A DNA stretch of 64,000 bases from Coraliomargaritaceae bacterium (GCA_965656495.1 CBFHKU010000003.1:64001-128000); one strand, 5' to 3'; counted from the first letter of the stretch, positions 50,098 through 63,143 are shown. Numbers and translations: made by a program. The notes: generated from the letters alone by a model not told the origin.

Positions 50098-50958
50098 CTA
50101 GGCGCTTTGGGAGGCAGTCTTTTTGCCAAAGCACTTTAGGAGATGAATGAGTCGATCGCGCATTTCAGCGCGGGGCGTGATCATATCAACGAGACCGTGT
50201 TCGAGGAGGAACTCGGAGGTTTGGAATCCTTCGGGCAAATCCTGTTGGGTGGTTTCTTTGATAACACGTGGTCCGGCGAAGCCGATGAGGGCTTCCGGTT
50301 CGGCGATAATGACATCTCCGAGAGAGGCGTAGCTCGCCATCACTCCAGCCATGGTGGGGTTGGTAAGAATTGAGATAAAAGGGATGCCGGCTTCGCTGAG
50401 GCGGGCCAGGGCTGCGCTGGTTTTGGCAAGCTGCATGAGGCTTAGGATGCCTTCCTGCATGCGTGCGCCGCCCGAGGCGGAGACGATGATGACCGGGCAT
50501 TTTTCTTCGAGGCCACGTTCAATTGCGCGGGTGATTTTTTCGCCGGCCGCGGATCCGAGGGAGGCTCCCATGAAGCGGAAATCCATCACGGCGATACTGA
50601 CGGGGAGGCCATCCATGGTACCGAGGCCGTCCACTACGGCATCATTTTCCTTGGTTTTCGCCTGATTGGCTTTGAGTTTTTCGGTATATTTTGCGGTGGC
50701 GTTGAATTTGAGGGGGTCGAGTGATTGAACGCCCTGATCCTTTTCTTCGAAGGAATTTTCATCGAGCAAGGAAGCGATACGGTCGCGGGCATTGAGCGGA
50801 AAATGGTAACCGCTGCTGGGAACCACCATGAGGTTTTCCTTGAGGACACGGTTATAAATAATCTCCCCGGTCTTTGGGCATTTGGTCCAAAGGTCCTTGG
50901 GTATATCTTTTTTCTTAACCGTGACGGTTGAGTAGTTCGGTTTGCCAAAAATTGCCAT
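50098..50958 (-). CDS. accD: Acetyl-CoA carboxylase carboxyltransferase beta subunit
   Basis: [45 protein letters not shown]. Confidence 0.96.
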   Translation of the reverse strand: MAIFGKPNYSTVTVKKKDIPKDLWTKCPKTGEIIYNRVLKENLMVVPSSGYHFPLNARDRIASLLDENSFEEKDQGVQSLDPLKFNATAKYTEKLKANQAKTKENDAVVDGLGTMDGLPVSIAVMDFRFMGASLGSAAGEKITRAIERGLEEKCPVIIVSASGGARMQEGILSLMQLAKTSAALARLSEAGIPFISILTNPTMAGVMASYASLGDVIIAEPEALIGFAGPRVIKETTQQDLPEGFQTSEFLLEHGLVDMITPRAEMRDRLIHLLKCFGKKTASQSA

Positions 50959-50981
50959 TATTTTAAGGAGGGAAGTTGTTG

Positions 50982-51713
50982 TTAACCGTGTCCGATGGCG
51001 ACTGCCCGGAGGTGGGTCACGCCGGCGGCGCGAAGAGTGCGGGCGCAGGCATTGAGAGTCGAACCGGTGGTGAAGACATCGTCCACGAGTATGTAATATG
51101 TATTTGCCATTAAATCAGCTGCAGGGGAGATGGCAAAGGCATTTTTTACGTTTTGTATTCGATCTTTGCGGTCGAGTTGGGTCTGTGATTCGGTGAATTC
51201 TTTGCGTTCGAGGAGGGTTTGAACGGCTTGGGCATCGCTGTTGCGGAGGAGGGTGCGTGCGATTTGCTCGCTTTGATTAAAACCCCGTTCCCGTAGTTTT
51301 GTGGGATGAAGGGGGACCGGCACGAGAATGGCACCGCTCAGGAATGCTTGAAAATGGGGTTGCTCATGTAGCATTCGGGCAAGGTCTTTGAGAATGTAGA
51401 AACCCTGCCGGTATTTGAGGGCGTGCAGGAGGCTGCGCCCCGGGCCTTTGGTGAGAAAGAGGCTTTTTCCTTTTTCAAAGACTGGTTCCAGTTCGGTGCA
51501 GTGGGGGCATTCGCGGGCTGCGATGACCGCTCCAAAAAAGGGATATCCGCAGGTTTTGCAGGCCGGGGGGGTGCAGAACTGCAGCTCGCGAGCGCAGGAG
51601 GGGCAAAGGTATTGATATTTCCCCTGCTCAACCGGCCCGGCGCAATGGACGCAACTGCGCGGAAAGAGCAGGTCGGCGGCGGCATCAAGTGCAGCTTGTA
51701 GGTAGAACGCCAT
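50982..51713 (-). CDS. comF: ComF family phosphoribosyltransferase-like protein
   Basis: Zn-ribbon CxxC pairs, [25 protein letters not shown]. Confidence 0.92.
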   Translation of the reverse strand: MAFYLQAALDAAADLLFPRSCVHCAGPVEQGKYQYLCPSCARELQFCTPPACKTCGYPFFGAVIAARECPHCTELEPVFEKGKSLFLTKGPGRSLLHALKYRQGFYILKDLARMLHEQPHFQAFLSGAILVPVPLHPTKLRERGFNQSEQIARTLLRNSDAQAVQTLLERKEFTESQTQLDRKDRIQNVKNAFAISPAADLMANTYYILVDDVFTTGSTLNACARTLRAAGVTHLRAVAIGHG

Positions 51714-51719
51714 TGGTCT

Positions 51720-52073
51720 TTAGGCCACTCTGAGAGCTTTGGCGAGTTGTTGTAGGCGTTTATCGTGGGTCCACAGATTGCAGGCATGCAGGCGGCATGC
51801 CGCAAGCAGATGGGCATCAATCCAGCCTATGCCGCGACCCATAAGGCGGTGCTTTTCGATAAGGTAGAGGACTTCCTCGTTTTCGGCAGCAGGGATTTGC
51901 GGGAGCGCCTGAAAGAGGTGCATTAATGTTTTGCGTTGTTGTAGGTTGCCGAGGGCGAGTTCGCCCAGCACGTGGGGGTGCATATAAACCATCCCATTGC
52001 CGAGTGCTTCGACCAGTTCCGCGTTTTTTCGCCGGAGGTGGTCAATCCAGACGGAAGTATCAACGAGGGTCAT
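51720..52073 (-). CDS. vapC: VapC PIN-domain toxin
   Basis: LVDTSVWIDH, LGELALG, IGWIDAHLL, LWTHDKRL. Confidence 0.92.
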   Translation of the reverse strand: MTLVDTSVWIDHLRRKNAELVEALGNGMVYMHPHVLGELALGNLQQRKTLMHLFQALPQIPAAENEEVLYLIEKHRLMGRGIGWIDAHLLAACRLHACNLWTHDKRLQQLAKALRVA

Positions 52074-52264
52074 GGCTTGGCGCGGCGACGGGGGACGGGG
52101 GTGAGGCGCGGTTCGCTGCCGCCGAGGTTTGCAAGGCGGTGGGCGCTTTGTAACTGGACCAAGGCTTCGAGACCCATGCGCACAAGCGCGGTTTTTTCAC
52201 TCACACCGGTTAGGCGGGTGGCTTCCTCAATCAATTCCGGATCAATATTTAGGGTCGTTTTCAT
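52070..52264 (-). CDS. vapB: VapB antitoxin
   Basis: MKTTLNIDPELIEEATRLTG..EKTALVRMGLEAL; 4-bp overlap with vapC. Confidence 0.9.
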   Translation of the reverse strand: MKTTLNIDPELIEEATRLTGVSEKTALVRMGLEALVQLQSAHRLANLGGSEPRLTPVPRRRAKP

Positions 52265-52281
52265 ACATATAAGGATGTATG
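52262..52281. promoter_or_regulatory. Probable VapB operator palindrome CATACAT-N6-ATGTATG overlapping the vapB start codon
   Basis: Perfect 7-bp inverted repeat; type II TA operons commonly autorepress through such sites. Confidence 0.55.
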
Positions 52282-52296
52282 AAATGGATGTATCGA

Positions 52297-53034
52297 TCAA
52301 TAAAAAACACGGTCGAGGCAGAGGCCGGTTCCGGGGGCGGTGACAATGCGGTGGGTGCGGGTGCGGGAGTCGAGGATCTCGCGGATGTCGTCGGGGCTGA
52401 GGCGTCCGCGGCCCACGGCGTAGAGTGCCCCGGCAAAACTGCGAACCATCCGGTAGAGATAGCCGCTGCCCTCGGTCGTCATGGTGAGGTGGCGCCCTTT
52501 TTGAACGAGATCGAGGCGATGGACGGTTTTGACGGGATTGGGGTCACTGTCCTTGCCGTGGGTTGCGCCGAAGGCAGAGAAATCATGGGTGCCGACGAGA
52601 AGTTTGGCGGCTTTTTGCATGGCGGGCAGGTCGAGGGGGACATCGCGGCAGGCCCAGAGGTAGCGTTGCTCGAGCGGGTTGGCGCGGCCCAAATAGAAGC
52701 GGTAAATATAACGTTTTCCGATGGCGGAGTGGCGGGCGTGGAAGGATTCGGCTACGGCAGTTGCGGAACGTATTTGAATGGTATGGGGAAGGATTGAATG
52801 AAGGGCGCGAATGAGCTTGCCGGAATCATGGGGCCATTGGGCGTCGAAATGGAAACATTGCCCGCGGGCGTGGACTCCGGCATCGGTACGGCCACTGCCG
52901 TGTGTTTTGATAGCTTGGTCAAAGATCTGGCTCAAGGCGTCTTCGAGGACATTTTGAATACCGTTGCCCCCGGTCTGGCGTTGCCAGCCGTCAAATTCGG
53001 TGCCGTCGTAGGCGCAGATGCATTTCCAGCGCAT
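52297..53034 (-). CDS. truA: tRNA pseudouridine(38-40) synthase
   Basis: [45 protein letters not shown]. Confidence 0.96.
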   Translation of the reverse strand: MRWKCICAYDGTEFDGWQRQTGGNGIQNVLEDALSQIFDQAIKTHGSGRTDAGVHARGQCFHFDAQWPHDSGKLIRALHSILPHTIQIRSATAVAESFHARHSAIGKRYIYRFYLGRANPLEQRYLWACRDVPLDLPAMQKAAKLLVGTHDFSAFGATHGKDSDPNPVKTVHRLDLVQKGRHLTMTTEGSGYLYRMVRSFAGALYAVGRGRLSPDDIREILDSRTRTHRIVTAPGTGLCLDRVFY

Positions 53035-53083
53035 GTAAGGATGCTTGCCAAAGGCGCGGGGGATGCAAGGCTGTGTTGCAGAG

Positions 53084-53651
<568 letters not shown>

Positions 53652-53674
<23 letters not shown>

Positions 53675-55628
53675 GGTTTTGCAATTTTCCGGCGCGCTCG
53701 GGGTATTGCTTGATGAATTCGAGGAAGAGGTCTTTGGCAATGGGGCCGGCGGTGGACCCGCCGTGATAGGCCTGACTTTCTTCGGTGCCTTCGACCATGA
53801 CCGCAACCGCGATTTGCGGATTCTCCACCGGAGCAAAACCAATAAACCATGCGAGGTTCACTTCTTTGCCGTGGGCGCGGAAATCGGCGGTGCCGGTTTT
53901 TCCGGCGGTGCGGAACTCGTCGATGCCGACGAGACGTCCGGTTCCATTGCGACCTGTAACACGCTCCATCCCTTGCCAAAGAAGGGCGCGCTGACGCGGG
54001 CTGAGATCGAGGGCTTCTCCACCGTGATCGACGGGCTCTCTTTCATGTGGCGCTTTGGCGAGGATGGTCGGGCGGGTGCGGGTTTCATTGCGGGCGAGCG
54101 AGGCGGTGAAGCAAGCCATCTGCAGTGGGGTTGCCAGTAGGAAGCCTTGTCCAATCGCAGTATTGGCGGTATCGCCTGGAACCCAGCCCGAACCGGTGGC
54201 CTCGCGTTTCCACTCCTTGGAGGGTACGATATTACGCTTCGTTTCATAGGGGAGTTCGATCCCGGTTTTTTGATCAAAGCCAAAACGCTGGGCTTCGGCA
54301 CTGAGCACATCAATCCCCATCGAGAGGCCTTCGGCGTAGAAGAAAACATTGCAACTGCCCTCAATCGCATCTGCCAATTGCACGTTTCCGTGACCGTTTC
54401 GGGCATGACAACGAAAGACGCGGTTACCGACGCGGTAAACCCCGCTGCAATTATGGGTCGTCTCCGGGTCAATTGAACCGTGGCGCATTCCCGCGATGGC
54501 GGTGAGGAGTTTAAAGGTGGAGCCGGGGGGGTAGGAGAGTTGAAGGGCGCGGTTTAGCCAGGCGCCTGTTTCGTTGATTTGGTCAAAGGTCGCTTGAGGG
54601 ATGAAAGGACTTAGGTGATTTTGATTGTAGGTGGGATGACTGGCGAGGGCGAGGACTTCCCCGGTGTGAATGTCGAGGGCGACCGCCGCTCCGGCGCGCT
54701 CTCCAAGAGCGGTTTCAGCAGCGCGCTGCAGGTCGATATCAATACTGATATTGAGCGATTGCCCTTGTTGCGGCGCATTGAGTTCGAGGCGGGTATCCTG
54801 AAAACCAAGGGGGTCCACGCGCCAGAGTTCGCGTCCGGTGGTCCCGGTCAGTTCGTCATTGAAATAGGCCTCAAGGCCGGAACGCCCGACTTTTTTCTGA
54901 AAGGCAAAGGTCTTGATGCCGTCATTTGGGAATTCTTCGGGCGCGAGATTTTTATTTTGGACGTAGCCCAAGAGATGGGCGGCGAGCTCGCGGTAGGGGT
55001 AGTAGCGGGCTGTATCGGTATGTATTTGGATGGGGGAACCGGGCGGGGGCGGTATTTGTTCAACCAGTTGGGCGTATTGGTTGGGGGTCAGGTCCCGGAC
55101 AAGAGGCAGGGGCAGAAGGAGGTTTTCGTTAAAGTGGCGGATAAGGCGGCTTTCACTGAGGGTGTCCTCGCGCCCGGTGATCGCATTGATCTGATCGAGG
55201 TATTTCTGGATGACTTCCTGTCGTGCCTGCCATTGAAGTTTATTGTAGTCCGGGAGGGGCGGGGAATCGGGGCGTTCCTCCGGGGGCGTTTCGTTAAAGC
55301 GGTCATTGATTTCGGCGCGTGCCTCCTTGAAGAGTTTGGAATAGCGGGAGCGAAACTCCGGGCGCAAATCATCGAGATAGACAACTGCGGAGTAATGGGG
55401 GCGGTTTCCAACAAGGAGTCGGCCACGGCGGTCATAGACGTCGCCCCGGGGGCCCGGTTTTAAAATACGGCGTTCGGTTTGGCGTTTTTCGATGACTTCG
55501 TAGGCGTCGCGGTCAATGAGTTGTCGCCACGCCAGGCCCAAGATCAGGATGGCGGTGAGGGCGAAGGTCAGCCAAACGAAGAAGAGGATGCGCGGGTTTT
55601 CCCCCTTGTGATGATCCAGCGGTTCCAT
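53652..55628 (-). CDS. mrdA: Penicillin-binding protein 2
   Basis: [16 protein letters not shown] (SxxK), SCN, KTG; downstream of mreBCD. Confidence 0.93.
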
Positions 55629-55635
55629 TTCCGGT

Positions 55636-56166
55636 TTAACGAATGGGGAGGCCCTCCGGTTCAGGGTCGAGGCGGAAGAATGCAATCAGCATGCGTTGGA
55701 AGCGAAAAAACCATGCTGTGATTAACAAGAGAGCGAGGCTTGAGCTCAAGATGACGAGGGCGGTTTGTATCCATAAATCCAATACAAAATAACTTCCGGC
55801 GCCTTTGGTGAGTGTCAGGGCCAGAATCACGCCAATGTTGAAAAATTGGGTAAGAATGAAGGGATGATAGCTCTGTTCTGCGCGGAGGCGGTGTCGCAGT
55901 AAGCCGGTGAGGGTTCCGGCTAGGAGAAAGAGGGCGGTGAAAAACCCGAAAGGCACGGGGCAGGCGGCGTCGATCCAGAGGCCGGAGAGGAGTATGCAGA
56001 TAAATGCGGAAGGTGGTTTCAGGTAAAGGGCGGGCATGACCGGCATTGGACCCAAGAGGAGGAGGTAGATTCCGAGGCTCGCAAGGCTACTGTTTGCGAG
56101 TTGAGCCAGATAAAAGAAGAGGATGTTGGCCCCAAGAAAAATAAAGGCGCGGGAATCAATCAACAT
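55636..56166 (-). CDS. mreD: MreD-like membrane protein
   Basis: Hydrophobic 176-aa ORF between mreC and mrdA; assigned mainly by position. Confidence 0.65.
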   Translation of the reverse strand: MLIDSRAFIFLGANILFFYLAQLANSSLASLGIYLLLLGPMPVMPALYLKPPSAFICILLSGLWIDAACPVPFGFFTALFLLAGTLTGLLRHRLRAEQSYHPFILTQFFNIGVILALTLTKGAGSYFVLDLWIQTALVILSSSLALLLITAWFFRFQRMLIAFFRLDPEPEGLPIR

Positions 56167-57007
56167 GGCTTGATACCTCCGTTGCGAGTAGTGGGATAAG
56201 GACCGTGACTTCCTTGAGCTCGTGCAGACGATCATCGAGTTCAACTGCCCCGGTTTGGAAGATGCCGGTGCTACCGGGCGCTAACCAAGGGACCGTACCA
56301 ATTTTAAGTCCGGCGGGAAAGGTTCCGCCCAGATGGGTCGAGACAAGGCTGAGGGGGCTGCGGCTGGTAGTGAGGAGATCCTGCGGGACATCGCTGACTT
56401 CACCACGGGGCGAGGCAAAGCCCGACTGAATGCGCCCTTGATAGACCACCGGGCGGGAGTCGCCCTCAAAGCTGGCGGCCATGCGGAAGCGCGGGCTCGT
56501 GACGAGTTCGACCCGGCTGGTGTAAGCGTAGACTTCCACAACCCGGCCCACGACCCCGCCGGAAAAAATAACGGCAGCCCCTACCGGGATTTGGTAATCG
56601 CGGCCCTTGCGAATGAGGAGGTGCTGCCACCAGGCATTGAGGTCGCGCCGAATGACGCGTGCGACTTCATGGTGAAATGCCTGCTGCGGGGGGAGGTCGA
56701 GGAGGTTTTCGAGGCGCTCGATTTCTTCTTCGAGGGTTTGGTATCGCTGTGCGATGACGTGATAGCGGGCGTTGGTACGGGCGAGGTCACGACCTGCCTC
56801 GAGGAGGTCGATTTTTGAATGGTTACGCGCGGCCCAGAAATCGGAGAGTTGGTCGATTTTTGTGGTGACGAGCCAAGCGGGGGCATGGAACTCCGCGAAA
56901 CTCAAACGGGTGAAACTTTTAACAGAGGCGGGAAGGATCCACCAAAAGAGTAGAAAGGCGGCAAGGGCGACCAGCGGCTTGATTTTCTCAAGGCGGAGTT
57001 TCGCCAC
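56156..57007 (-). CDS. mreC: Rod shape-determining protein MreC
   Basis: TM plus coiled coil, ARVIRR, GVVGRV, GGTFPAGLKIG. Confidence 0.9.
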   Translation of the reverse strand: MAKLRLEKIKPLVALAAFLLFWWILPASVKSFTRLSFAEFHAPAWLVTTKIDQLSDFWAARNHSKIDLLEAGRDLARTNARYHVIAQRYQTLEEEIERLENLLDLPPQQAFHHEVARVIRRDLNAWWQHLLIRKGRDYQIPVGAAVIFSGGVVGRVVEVYAYTSRVELVTSPRFRMAASFEGDSRPVVYQGRIQSGFASPRGEVSDVPQDLLTTSRSPLSLVSTHLGGTFPAGLKIGTVPWLAPGSTGIFQTGAVELDDRLHELKEVTVLIPLLATEVSSHVD

Positions 57008-57016
57008 GGCGGGAGA

Positions 57017-58039
57017 TTAGTTCTTGGGGTTACCCGCGAGGTCTTTCAAAAGAAAGGCCAATTCCTGGAGGACGAGACCGGTGCCATTGGCAACCGCACT
57101 GAGGGGATCGTCTGCAATGATGACGGGCAGGCCGGTGGCATCACTGAGTTGCTGGTCGAGGCCGCGAATCATGGCGCCGCCGCCCGCAAGGACGAAACCG
57201 CGGTTAACGAGATCAGCGGAAAGTTCCGGCGGGCACCGCTCAAGGGCGTTGCGAACGAGTTCCACAATCGAAGCGATGGTATCGGCGAGCGCTTCGCGAA
57301 TTTCAACGGAGGTGATGGAAATGGTCTTGGGCAGGCCCGCAACAGAATCGCGTCCGCGCACCTCCATAGAGATTTCCTCTTCGAGCTTAAAGGCGGACCC
57401 CGCCCGGATCTTGATCTCTTCGGCGGTTCGTTCGCCGATCATGAGATTGTAGGCGCGTTTCAGGTAATTGACGATGGCGTTGTCGATTTCATCGCCACCG
57501 ACGCGGATGCTCTTGGTGTAGACGACCCCGGCAAGGGAAATGATAGCGACTTCGGTGGTGCCGCCGCCGATATCAACAATCATGTTGGCGGCGGGTTCGT
57601 CGATCGGGAGCCCCACGCCGATTGCGGCGGCCATCGGTTCTTCGATGAGGACAACATCGCGTGCGCCCGCCCGGATGGCGGAATCTTTAACAGCGCGTCG
57701 CTCGACTTCGGTAATCCCGGAGGGAACGGCAACCACGATGCGGGGTGCAATGAAAGTTTTTTTGCGGTTCACCTTGTTGATGAAATAACGGAGCATCGCT
57801 TCCGTGATCTCAAAGTCTGCAATCACGCCGTCCTTCATGGGGCGAATCGCGGTGATGTTGCCAGGGGTGCGGCCCAACATTTTTTTCGCTTCTGAACCAA
57901 CCGCGCAGACTTTTTTGGTGGAGGTATAGACCGCTACCACGCTCGGTTCGCTCAACACAATACCTTTATCCTTGGCGAAAACGAGGGTATTCGCGGTTCC
58001 GAGGTCAATGCCGATGTCGTTGGAGAGAAGTCCTAGCAC
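57017..58039 (-). CDS. mreB: Rod shape-determining protein MreB
   Basis: [39 protein letters not shown]. Confidence 0.98.
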   Translation of the reverse strand: MLGLLSNDIGIDLGTANTLVFAKDKGIVLSEPSVVAVYTSTKKVCAVGSEAKKMLGRTPGNITAIRPMKDGVIADFEITEAMLRYFINKVNRKKTFIAPRIVVAVPSGITEVERRAVKDSAIRAGARDVVLIEEPMAAAIGVGLPIDEPAANMIVDIGGGTTEVAIISLAGVVYTKSIRVGGDEIDNAIVNYLKRAYNLMIGERTAEEIKIRAGSAFKLEEEISMEVRGRDSVAGLPKTISITSVEIREALADTIASIVELVRNALERCPPELSADLVNRGFVLAGGGAMIRGLDQQLSDATGLPVIIADDPLSAVANGTGLVLQELAFLLKDLAGNPKN

Positions 58040-58136
58040 GTTGATAAAAAATAAAGTGTTTTCCGCAATGAGCGTTTAAACAGGGTAATTTTTTCCAGTA
58101 AAAAAATATAAAGTCAAATTATAACGAAGCGGGCGT

Positions 58137-58640
58137 TCAGTCGCGGTTGACCTGATTGCGCAGGAAGGAAATGACATCCTCGAATTGGGCGGCGTTCTCA
58201 TTATTGGCGGCAACGAGGTTTTCATGCGCTTCAAGGACTTTGCGGGCGTCCGCAATTTCCTGGTTATTGAGCTGGGTATATTCGGTTTCTGCATCGCAGG
58301 TGCTACACAAGTCGCTGTCAATGCTGAGCAAGGTATGGAGGCCGAGGTTATTGAGGAGCTCATTGATGTTGGAACTGAGGTTGCAGAGCAGGAGGGTGCC
58401 ATTGGGTTCCTTATCGCGCAGCTCAATGGCCAGACCCGCCAGGATTCCCAAAAAGGTGGAATCCATCCCGCGGCAGTCCTCCAAATCAAAGACAAAGCGG
58501 CGGTGCCCCTGCTCTAACATGCGATCAATAAAATCCCGGAAGTTCCCGCAATTGAGATAGTTGGCCTTTCCTAAAATACGCACCGTTACATGCTCATCTT
58601 GTGGACAAACAAGGAAGGTGGGCTGTTGTGGATCGCTCAT
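58137..58640 (-). CDS. STAS-domain anti-sigma-factor antagonist
   Basis: FDLEDCRGMDSTFLGILAG; C-terminal AHENL. Confidence 0.85.
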   Translation of the reverse strand: MSDPQQPTFLVCPQDEHVTVRILGKANYLNCGNFRDFIDRMLEQGHRRFVFDLEDCRGMDSTFLGILAGLAIELRDKEPNGTLLLCNLSSNINELLNNLGLHTLLSIDSDLCSTCDAETEYTQLNNQEIADARKVLEAHENLVAANNENAAQFEDVISFLRNQVNRD

Positions 58641-58659
58641 CGCTGTTGCTTGGCGTGGC

Positions 58660-61395
58660 TCAGGATGCCGCAATGATGTCGCGCAGGACATACGGCAAAA
58701 TTCCGCGGTGCCGGTAGTAATCAATCTCGATGTTGGTATCGATACGGAGGATTAAATCGACCGACTCCGTGCTTCCGTCGGGGCGTTGGATGGTGAGCGG
58801 TAGGGTCTGACCCGGCTTGACGGAATCACTGAGACCATTGATAGAGAAAGTTTCCTCGCCGGAGAGGCTCAGGGTGGAGTCATCAACGCCTTCTGGGAAC
58901 TGGAGCGGCAGGACGCCCATCCCGATGAGATTGCTGCGGTGAATGCGTTCAAAGCTTTTGGCAACCACCGCTCGAACTCCGAGGAGGGCGGTACCCTTGG
59001 CGGCCCAGTCGCGCGAACTACCCATGCCGTAATCTTCACCTGCGATCACGATGAGTCCCTCGCCGCGCTCGCGGTAGGTTTGGCAGGCGTCGTGAATATC
59101 CATGGGGGTGGCTTCGGGCATGAGCTTCGTGAAGCCGCCCTCCTTGCCGTCTGCCATTTTATTTTTAAAGCGTACATTGGCAAAGGTGCCACGGGTCATG
59201 ATGCGGTCGTTGCCGCGCCGGGAGCCGAAACTATTAAAGTCTTTTTTATCGACGCCGCGTTCCTTGAGGTAGCGGCCTGCGGGACCTTCTTCTTTAATTG
59301 CACCAGCGGGTGAGATATGGTCGGTGGTGATGGAGTCGCCGACGATTGCAAGGGGCCGGAGGTTGTTGAGATCGGCGATGGTGCCGGGCTCGAGGCCAAA
59401 TTCTTCAAAGAAGGGGGGGCTTTGGATGTAGGTTGAATCGTGATCCCACTGGTAGTTGGCGCCGGTGCTGGATTGGACTTCGTTCCATTCAGGGTTGGCG
59501 TTGGCGAGGTCGCCGTATTTGCTCTGGAACATTTCGGGCTTGAGGCCGGAAAGGACGAGGGACTCGACTTCTTCGTTGCTGGGCCAGATGTCTTTTAAGA
59601 AAACGGGTTGCCCGTTGGAGTCGGTTCCGAGGGCTTCGTTGGAGAGGTCGATATCGACTGTTCCGGCAAGGGCGTATGCCACCACGAGGGGTGGGGACAT
59701 CAGGAAATTGGATTTGATGGCACCGTGCACGCGGGCCTCGAAATTACGGTTCCCGGAAAGGACGGAGGCACCGACGAGTTCGCCTTCCTTGAGGGCGGCT
59801 TCGATGGCGGGGTCGAGGGGGCCGGAGTTGCCGATACAGGTGGTGCAGCCATAACCGACGAGATTGAAACCAAGGGCGTCGAGGTCTTCCTGTAGCTCGG
59901 TGGCCTCGAGGTAATCGGTAACGACGCGGGAGCCGGGGCCGAGCGAAGTTTTGACAAGGGGATTGATTTTGAGGCCTTTCGCGCGGGCTTTACGCGCCAC
60001 GAGTCCGGCGGCAATCATAACCGAGGGGTTGGAGGTGTTGGTGCAACTCGTGATGGCGGCGATGAGAACCTGACCATGTGCAATCTCGGGGAGGGTCTCC
60101 TCTGCCACTGCTGCAGGGCTTGTTCCGGCGTCGCGCCCGCCCGCTGCAACCGGTGCGGCGACGCGGACTTTTTTGTCGCGGTCTGCGGCAGGCACGCCAA
60201 AGCCGCCTTCGGCGACGGGCATATCCATGAGTTGGCGGAAGCGCTCGCGCAGGGCGGGGACTTCGATGCGATCCTGCGGGCGTTTGGGTCCGGCGACGCA
60301 GGGGACAATGTCGCTGATGTCGAGGTCAAGGGATTTGGTGTATTCGATTTCCCCGGCACGCGGGATGCCGAATAAACCTTGAGCGCTGTAGTATTCCTTG
60401 ACGCGCTGGATATCGGCTTCGCTGCGCCCGGTGAGGCGGAGGTAATCGAGGGATTTTTCGTCAACGGGGAAGAAACCCATGGTGGCGCCGTATTCCGGGG
60501 CCATATTGGCAACGGTGGCGCGGTCGGCGAGGCTGAGGCGGGCGGCGCCTTCGCCGTAGAATTCGACGAACTTCCCGACGACCTTCTCGCTGCGGAGCAT
60601 TTCGGTGATGCGGAGGGTGAGGTCGGTGGCGGTGGCTCCTTCGGGGAGTTCGCCGGTGAGGTGAACGCCGATGACCTCCGGAGTTTTGAAATAGATGGGT
60701 TGTCCGAGCATTCCAGACTCGGCTTCGATGCCGCCGACGCCCCAACCGACGATACCGAGACCGTTAATCATGGTGGTATGGGAATCGGTACCCACGAGGG
60801 TGTCGGGGTAAAGGAGGCCGTCCTTTTCAAAGACGACGCGGGCGAGATACTCGAGGTTGACCTGGTGGACAATTCCAATGGCGGGCGGGACGACGCTGAA
60901 TGTTTCAAAGGCCTGCTGACCCCACTTGAGGAATTGATAACGTTCCTTGTTGCGGGCAAATTCGATTTTCAGGTTTTCGAGGAAGGCGTTGGCGGAACCG
61001 GAGCGGTCGACTTGGACGGAGTGATCGACTACGAGGTCGACGGGCACGAGGGGTTCGATCTTGGCGGGGTCGGAACCAATCGCTTGAACGGCGTCGCGCA
61101 TCGCGGCGAGGTCCACCAAGAGGGGGACTCCGGTGAAGTCCTGCAGCACCACCCGGGAAACGACGAAGGGGATTTCCTTGTTGCCGACCTCGCGCGGGTT
61201 CCATTGGGCAAGGGCTTCAACGTCTTCTTTTACAATGCGTTTGCCGTCGCAATTCCGAAGCACGGACTCTAGTACGATCCGAATGCTGACGGGCAATTTG
61301 GCAATGCCTTCAAACCCGGCCTGACTTTGCAGGGCGGGCAGGCTGTAGTAATGCTTGCCGTTGAGTTCTTGGAGGACGTTAAAGGGATCATTCAT
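58660..61395 (-). CDS. acnA: Aconitate hydratase A
   Basis: [55 protein letters not shown]. Confidence 0.98.
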   Translation of the reverse strand: MNDPFNVLQELNGKHYYSLPALQSQAGFEGIAKLPVSIRIVLESVLRNCDGKRIVKEDVEALAQWNPREVGNKEIPFVVSRVVLQDFTGVPLLVDLAAMRDAVQAIGSDPAKIEPLVPVDLVVDHSVQVDRSGSANAFLENLKIEFARNKERYQFLKWGQQAFETFSVVPPAIGIVHQVNLEYLARVVFEKDGLLYPDTLVGTDSHTTMINGLGIVGWGVGGIEAESGMLGQPIYFKTPEVIGVHLTGELPEGATATDLTLRITEMLRSEKVVGKFVEFYGEGAARLSLADRATVANMAPEYGATMGFFPVDEKSLDYLRLTGRSEADIQRVKEYYSAQGLFGIPRAGEIEYTKSLDLDISDIVPCVAGPKRPQDRIEVPALRERFRQLMDMPVAEGGFGVPAADRDKKVRVAAPVAAGGRDAGTSPAAVAEETLPEIAHGQVLIAAITSCTNTSNPSVMIAAGLVARKARAKGLKINPLVKTSLGPGSRVVTDYLEATELQEDLDALGFNLVGYGCTTCIGNSGPLDPAIEAALKEGELVGASVLSGNRNFEARVHGAIKSNFLMSPPLVVAYALAGTVDIDLSNEALGTDSNGQPVFLKDIWPSNEEVESLVLSGLKPEMFQSKYGDLANANPEWNEVQSSTGANYQWDHDSTYIQSPPFFEEFGLEPGTIADLNNLRPLAIVGDSITTDHISPAGAIKEEGPAGRYLKERGVDKKDFNSFGSRRGNDRIMTRGTFANVRFKNKMADGKEGGFTKLMPEATPMDIHDACQTYRERGEGLIVIAGEDYGMGSSRDWAAKGTALLGVRAVVAKSFERIHRSNLIGMGVLPLQFPEGVDDSTLSLSGEETFSINGLSDSVKPGQTLPLTIQRPDGSTESVDLILRIDTNIEIDYYRHRGILPYVLRDIIAAS

Positions 61396-61452
61396 GCGAG
61401 GCACCTCATTATGTATCGGTTCTTTTTCCCGAGAAGTTATCAGTTGTGGTTG

Positions 61453-61926
61453 CTAGGATTTAAGAGCGGCTTTGATGGCGTCAAAGTCAGGAAGTTGTTT
61501 TGGGTCATCGGAAGATTCGGCATAGATAATTGTACCGTTTTCATCGACGACAAAAGCAGAGCGTTTCGCTACACCTTTGAAGCCGAGCAAGTCTGGATAC
61601 AGCACATCGTATGCCGCCGCGACTTCTTTGTTGAAATCACTGAGCAGGGGGAATTTCAGGGCATCCACTTCTGCCATTTTTTCGAGGGTAAAGGGGCTAT
61701 CGACCGAGATGCCGTAGACCGCGGCATTGAGGTCCGCGTAGTCTTGAATGCCGGAGCTGACGGAGCACATTTCCTCCATGCATACACTGGTAAAGGCAAG
61801 GGGGAAGAAGAGGAGGACCGTCTTTTGCTTGCCGTAATTATCGGAGAGGCGCACATCGTGGAGGCCTTCGGCGTTTTTGGTTTTAAGGGTGAAGTCCGGT
61901 GCGGAGGAGTTGGATGGGAGGGCCAT
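61453..61926 (-). CDS. Peroxiredoxin (AhpE/BCP-like, 1-Cys)
   Basis: FFPLAFTSVCMEE, GISVDS, LLSDFNK, KRSAFVVD. Confidence 0.9.
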   Translation of the reverse strand: MALPSNSSAPDFTLKTKNAEGLHDVRLSDNYGKQKTVLLFFPLAFTSVCMEEMCSVSSGIQDYADLNAAVYGISVDSPFTLEKMAEVDALKFPLLSDFNKEVAAAYDVLYPDLLGFKGVAKRSAFVVDENGTIIYAESSDDPKQLPDFDAIKAALKS

Positions 61927-61961
61927 GTTGTATATTGCTTAGGTTGATGAGTGGGCGGAAT

Positions 61962-63143
61962 TTATCCGACTAATTTGAAGAAAATGCGTTTCCCAGCCTG
62001 AATGATAGTGGCTTCGTTGTTTCGGCTGAGGGTAAAGTTGGGGTCGTTTTGTTTTTCGCTGTCAATTTTCACGCCGCCTTGTTCGACCAAGCGACGAATC
62101 GCGCCCTTGCTCTCGAAGAGCTGAGACGCGGCCATCAGGTTGACGAGGGAGTTGCTTTCCGCGTCCGGGGAAAGCTCGCTCCAGGTGAAAGTGGGCATAT
62201 CGTCCGGCAGTTTGTTTTTTGAAAAGACCTGCTCGAATTGCTGTAATTCATGGCGTGCGATTTTCATGGAGTGAAACTGACCCACGAGGGCAGAAGCCAG
62301 GCTCTTTTTGGCGTCCATGGGATGCCCGGCTTTGAGTTTTTCAACGCGTGCTTCGTCAAACTCCAACAGGAGTTGGTAGTAGTCCCACATGGTTGCATCG
62401 GGGATGGACATGATTTTCCCAAACATTTCCTTTGGGCTGTCGGTGAAGGCGATATAGTTGTCTGCGCTCTTCGACATTTTCATGGAACCGTCGAGACCGA
62501 CCAGGAGGGGCATGGTGATGACGGATTGTTCCTGTTTGCCCGCATCTTTTTGGAGGGCGCGACCGACCAGCATGTTGAAGAGTTGGTCGGTTCCGCCGAT
62601 TTCGACGTCGGCATGGATCTTGAGGGAGTCGTAGCCCTGAATGAGTGGGTAGAGAAATTCGATAATCGAGATGGGCGTGTTGCCGGCGTAGCGTTTTGCG
62701 AAATCATCGCGCTCGAGCATTCGGGCAACGGTCATTTTGCGGGCGAGTTTGAGGCAGTCCTCGAAATTCATCGCATCAAACCACTCGCTGTTATAATAGA
62801 CGGTGGTTTTATCGCGATCCAGAACTTTGAAGGCCTGTTCCAGGTAGGTTTCGGCGTTGGACCGAATTTCTTCGCGGGTGAGTTGGGGCCGCGAGGAGGA
62901 ACGCCCGGAGGGGTCGCCGATCAGGGTCGTAAAGTCACCGATGATCAGGATCGCTTCATGACCCATCGCCTGAAATTGCCGCAATTTATTGAAGACTACA
63001 AGGTGCCCAAAGGTCAGGTCCGGGCGGGTGGGGTCAACGCCGAGCTTGATCCGGAGCGGACGGTTGCCATGGAGGCGGTCTTCCAGTTCGGATTCGCCGA
63101 TGATAGTATCGGTGTTAATGCTGATTGTTTGAATCAAACTCAT
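61962..63143 (-). CDS. tyrS: Tyrosine-tRNA ligase
   Basis: KLGVDPT, GDPSG, YPLIQGYDS, GGTDQLFN, KMSKS, C-terminal S4 domain. Confidence 0.96.
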   Translation of the reverse strand: MSLIQTISINTDTIIGESELEDRLHGNRPLRIKLGVDPTRPDLTFGHLVVFNKLRQFQAMGHEAILIIGDFTTLIGDPSGRSSSRPQLTREEIRSNAETYLEQAFKVLDRDKTTVYYNSEWFDAMNFEDCLKLARKMTVARMLERDDFAKRYAGNTPISIIEFLYPLIQGYDSLKIHADVEIGGTDQLFNMLVGRALQKDAGKQEQSVITMPLLVGLDGSMKMSKSADNYIAFTDSPKEMFGKIMSIPDATMWDYYQLLLEFDEARVEKLKAGHPMDAKKSLASALVGQFHSMKIARHELQQFEQVFSKNKLPDDMPTFTWSELSPDAESNSLVNLMAASQLFESKGAIRRLVEQGGVKIDSEKQNDPNFTLSRNNEATIIQAGKRIFFKLVG

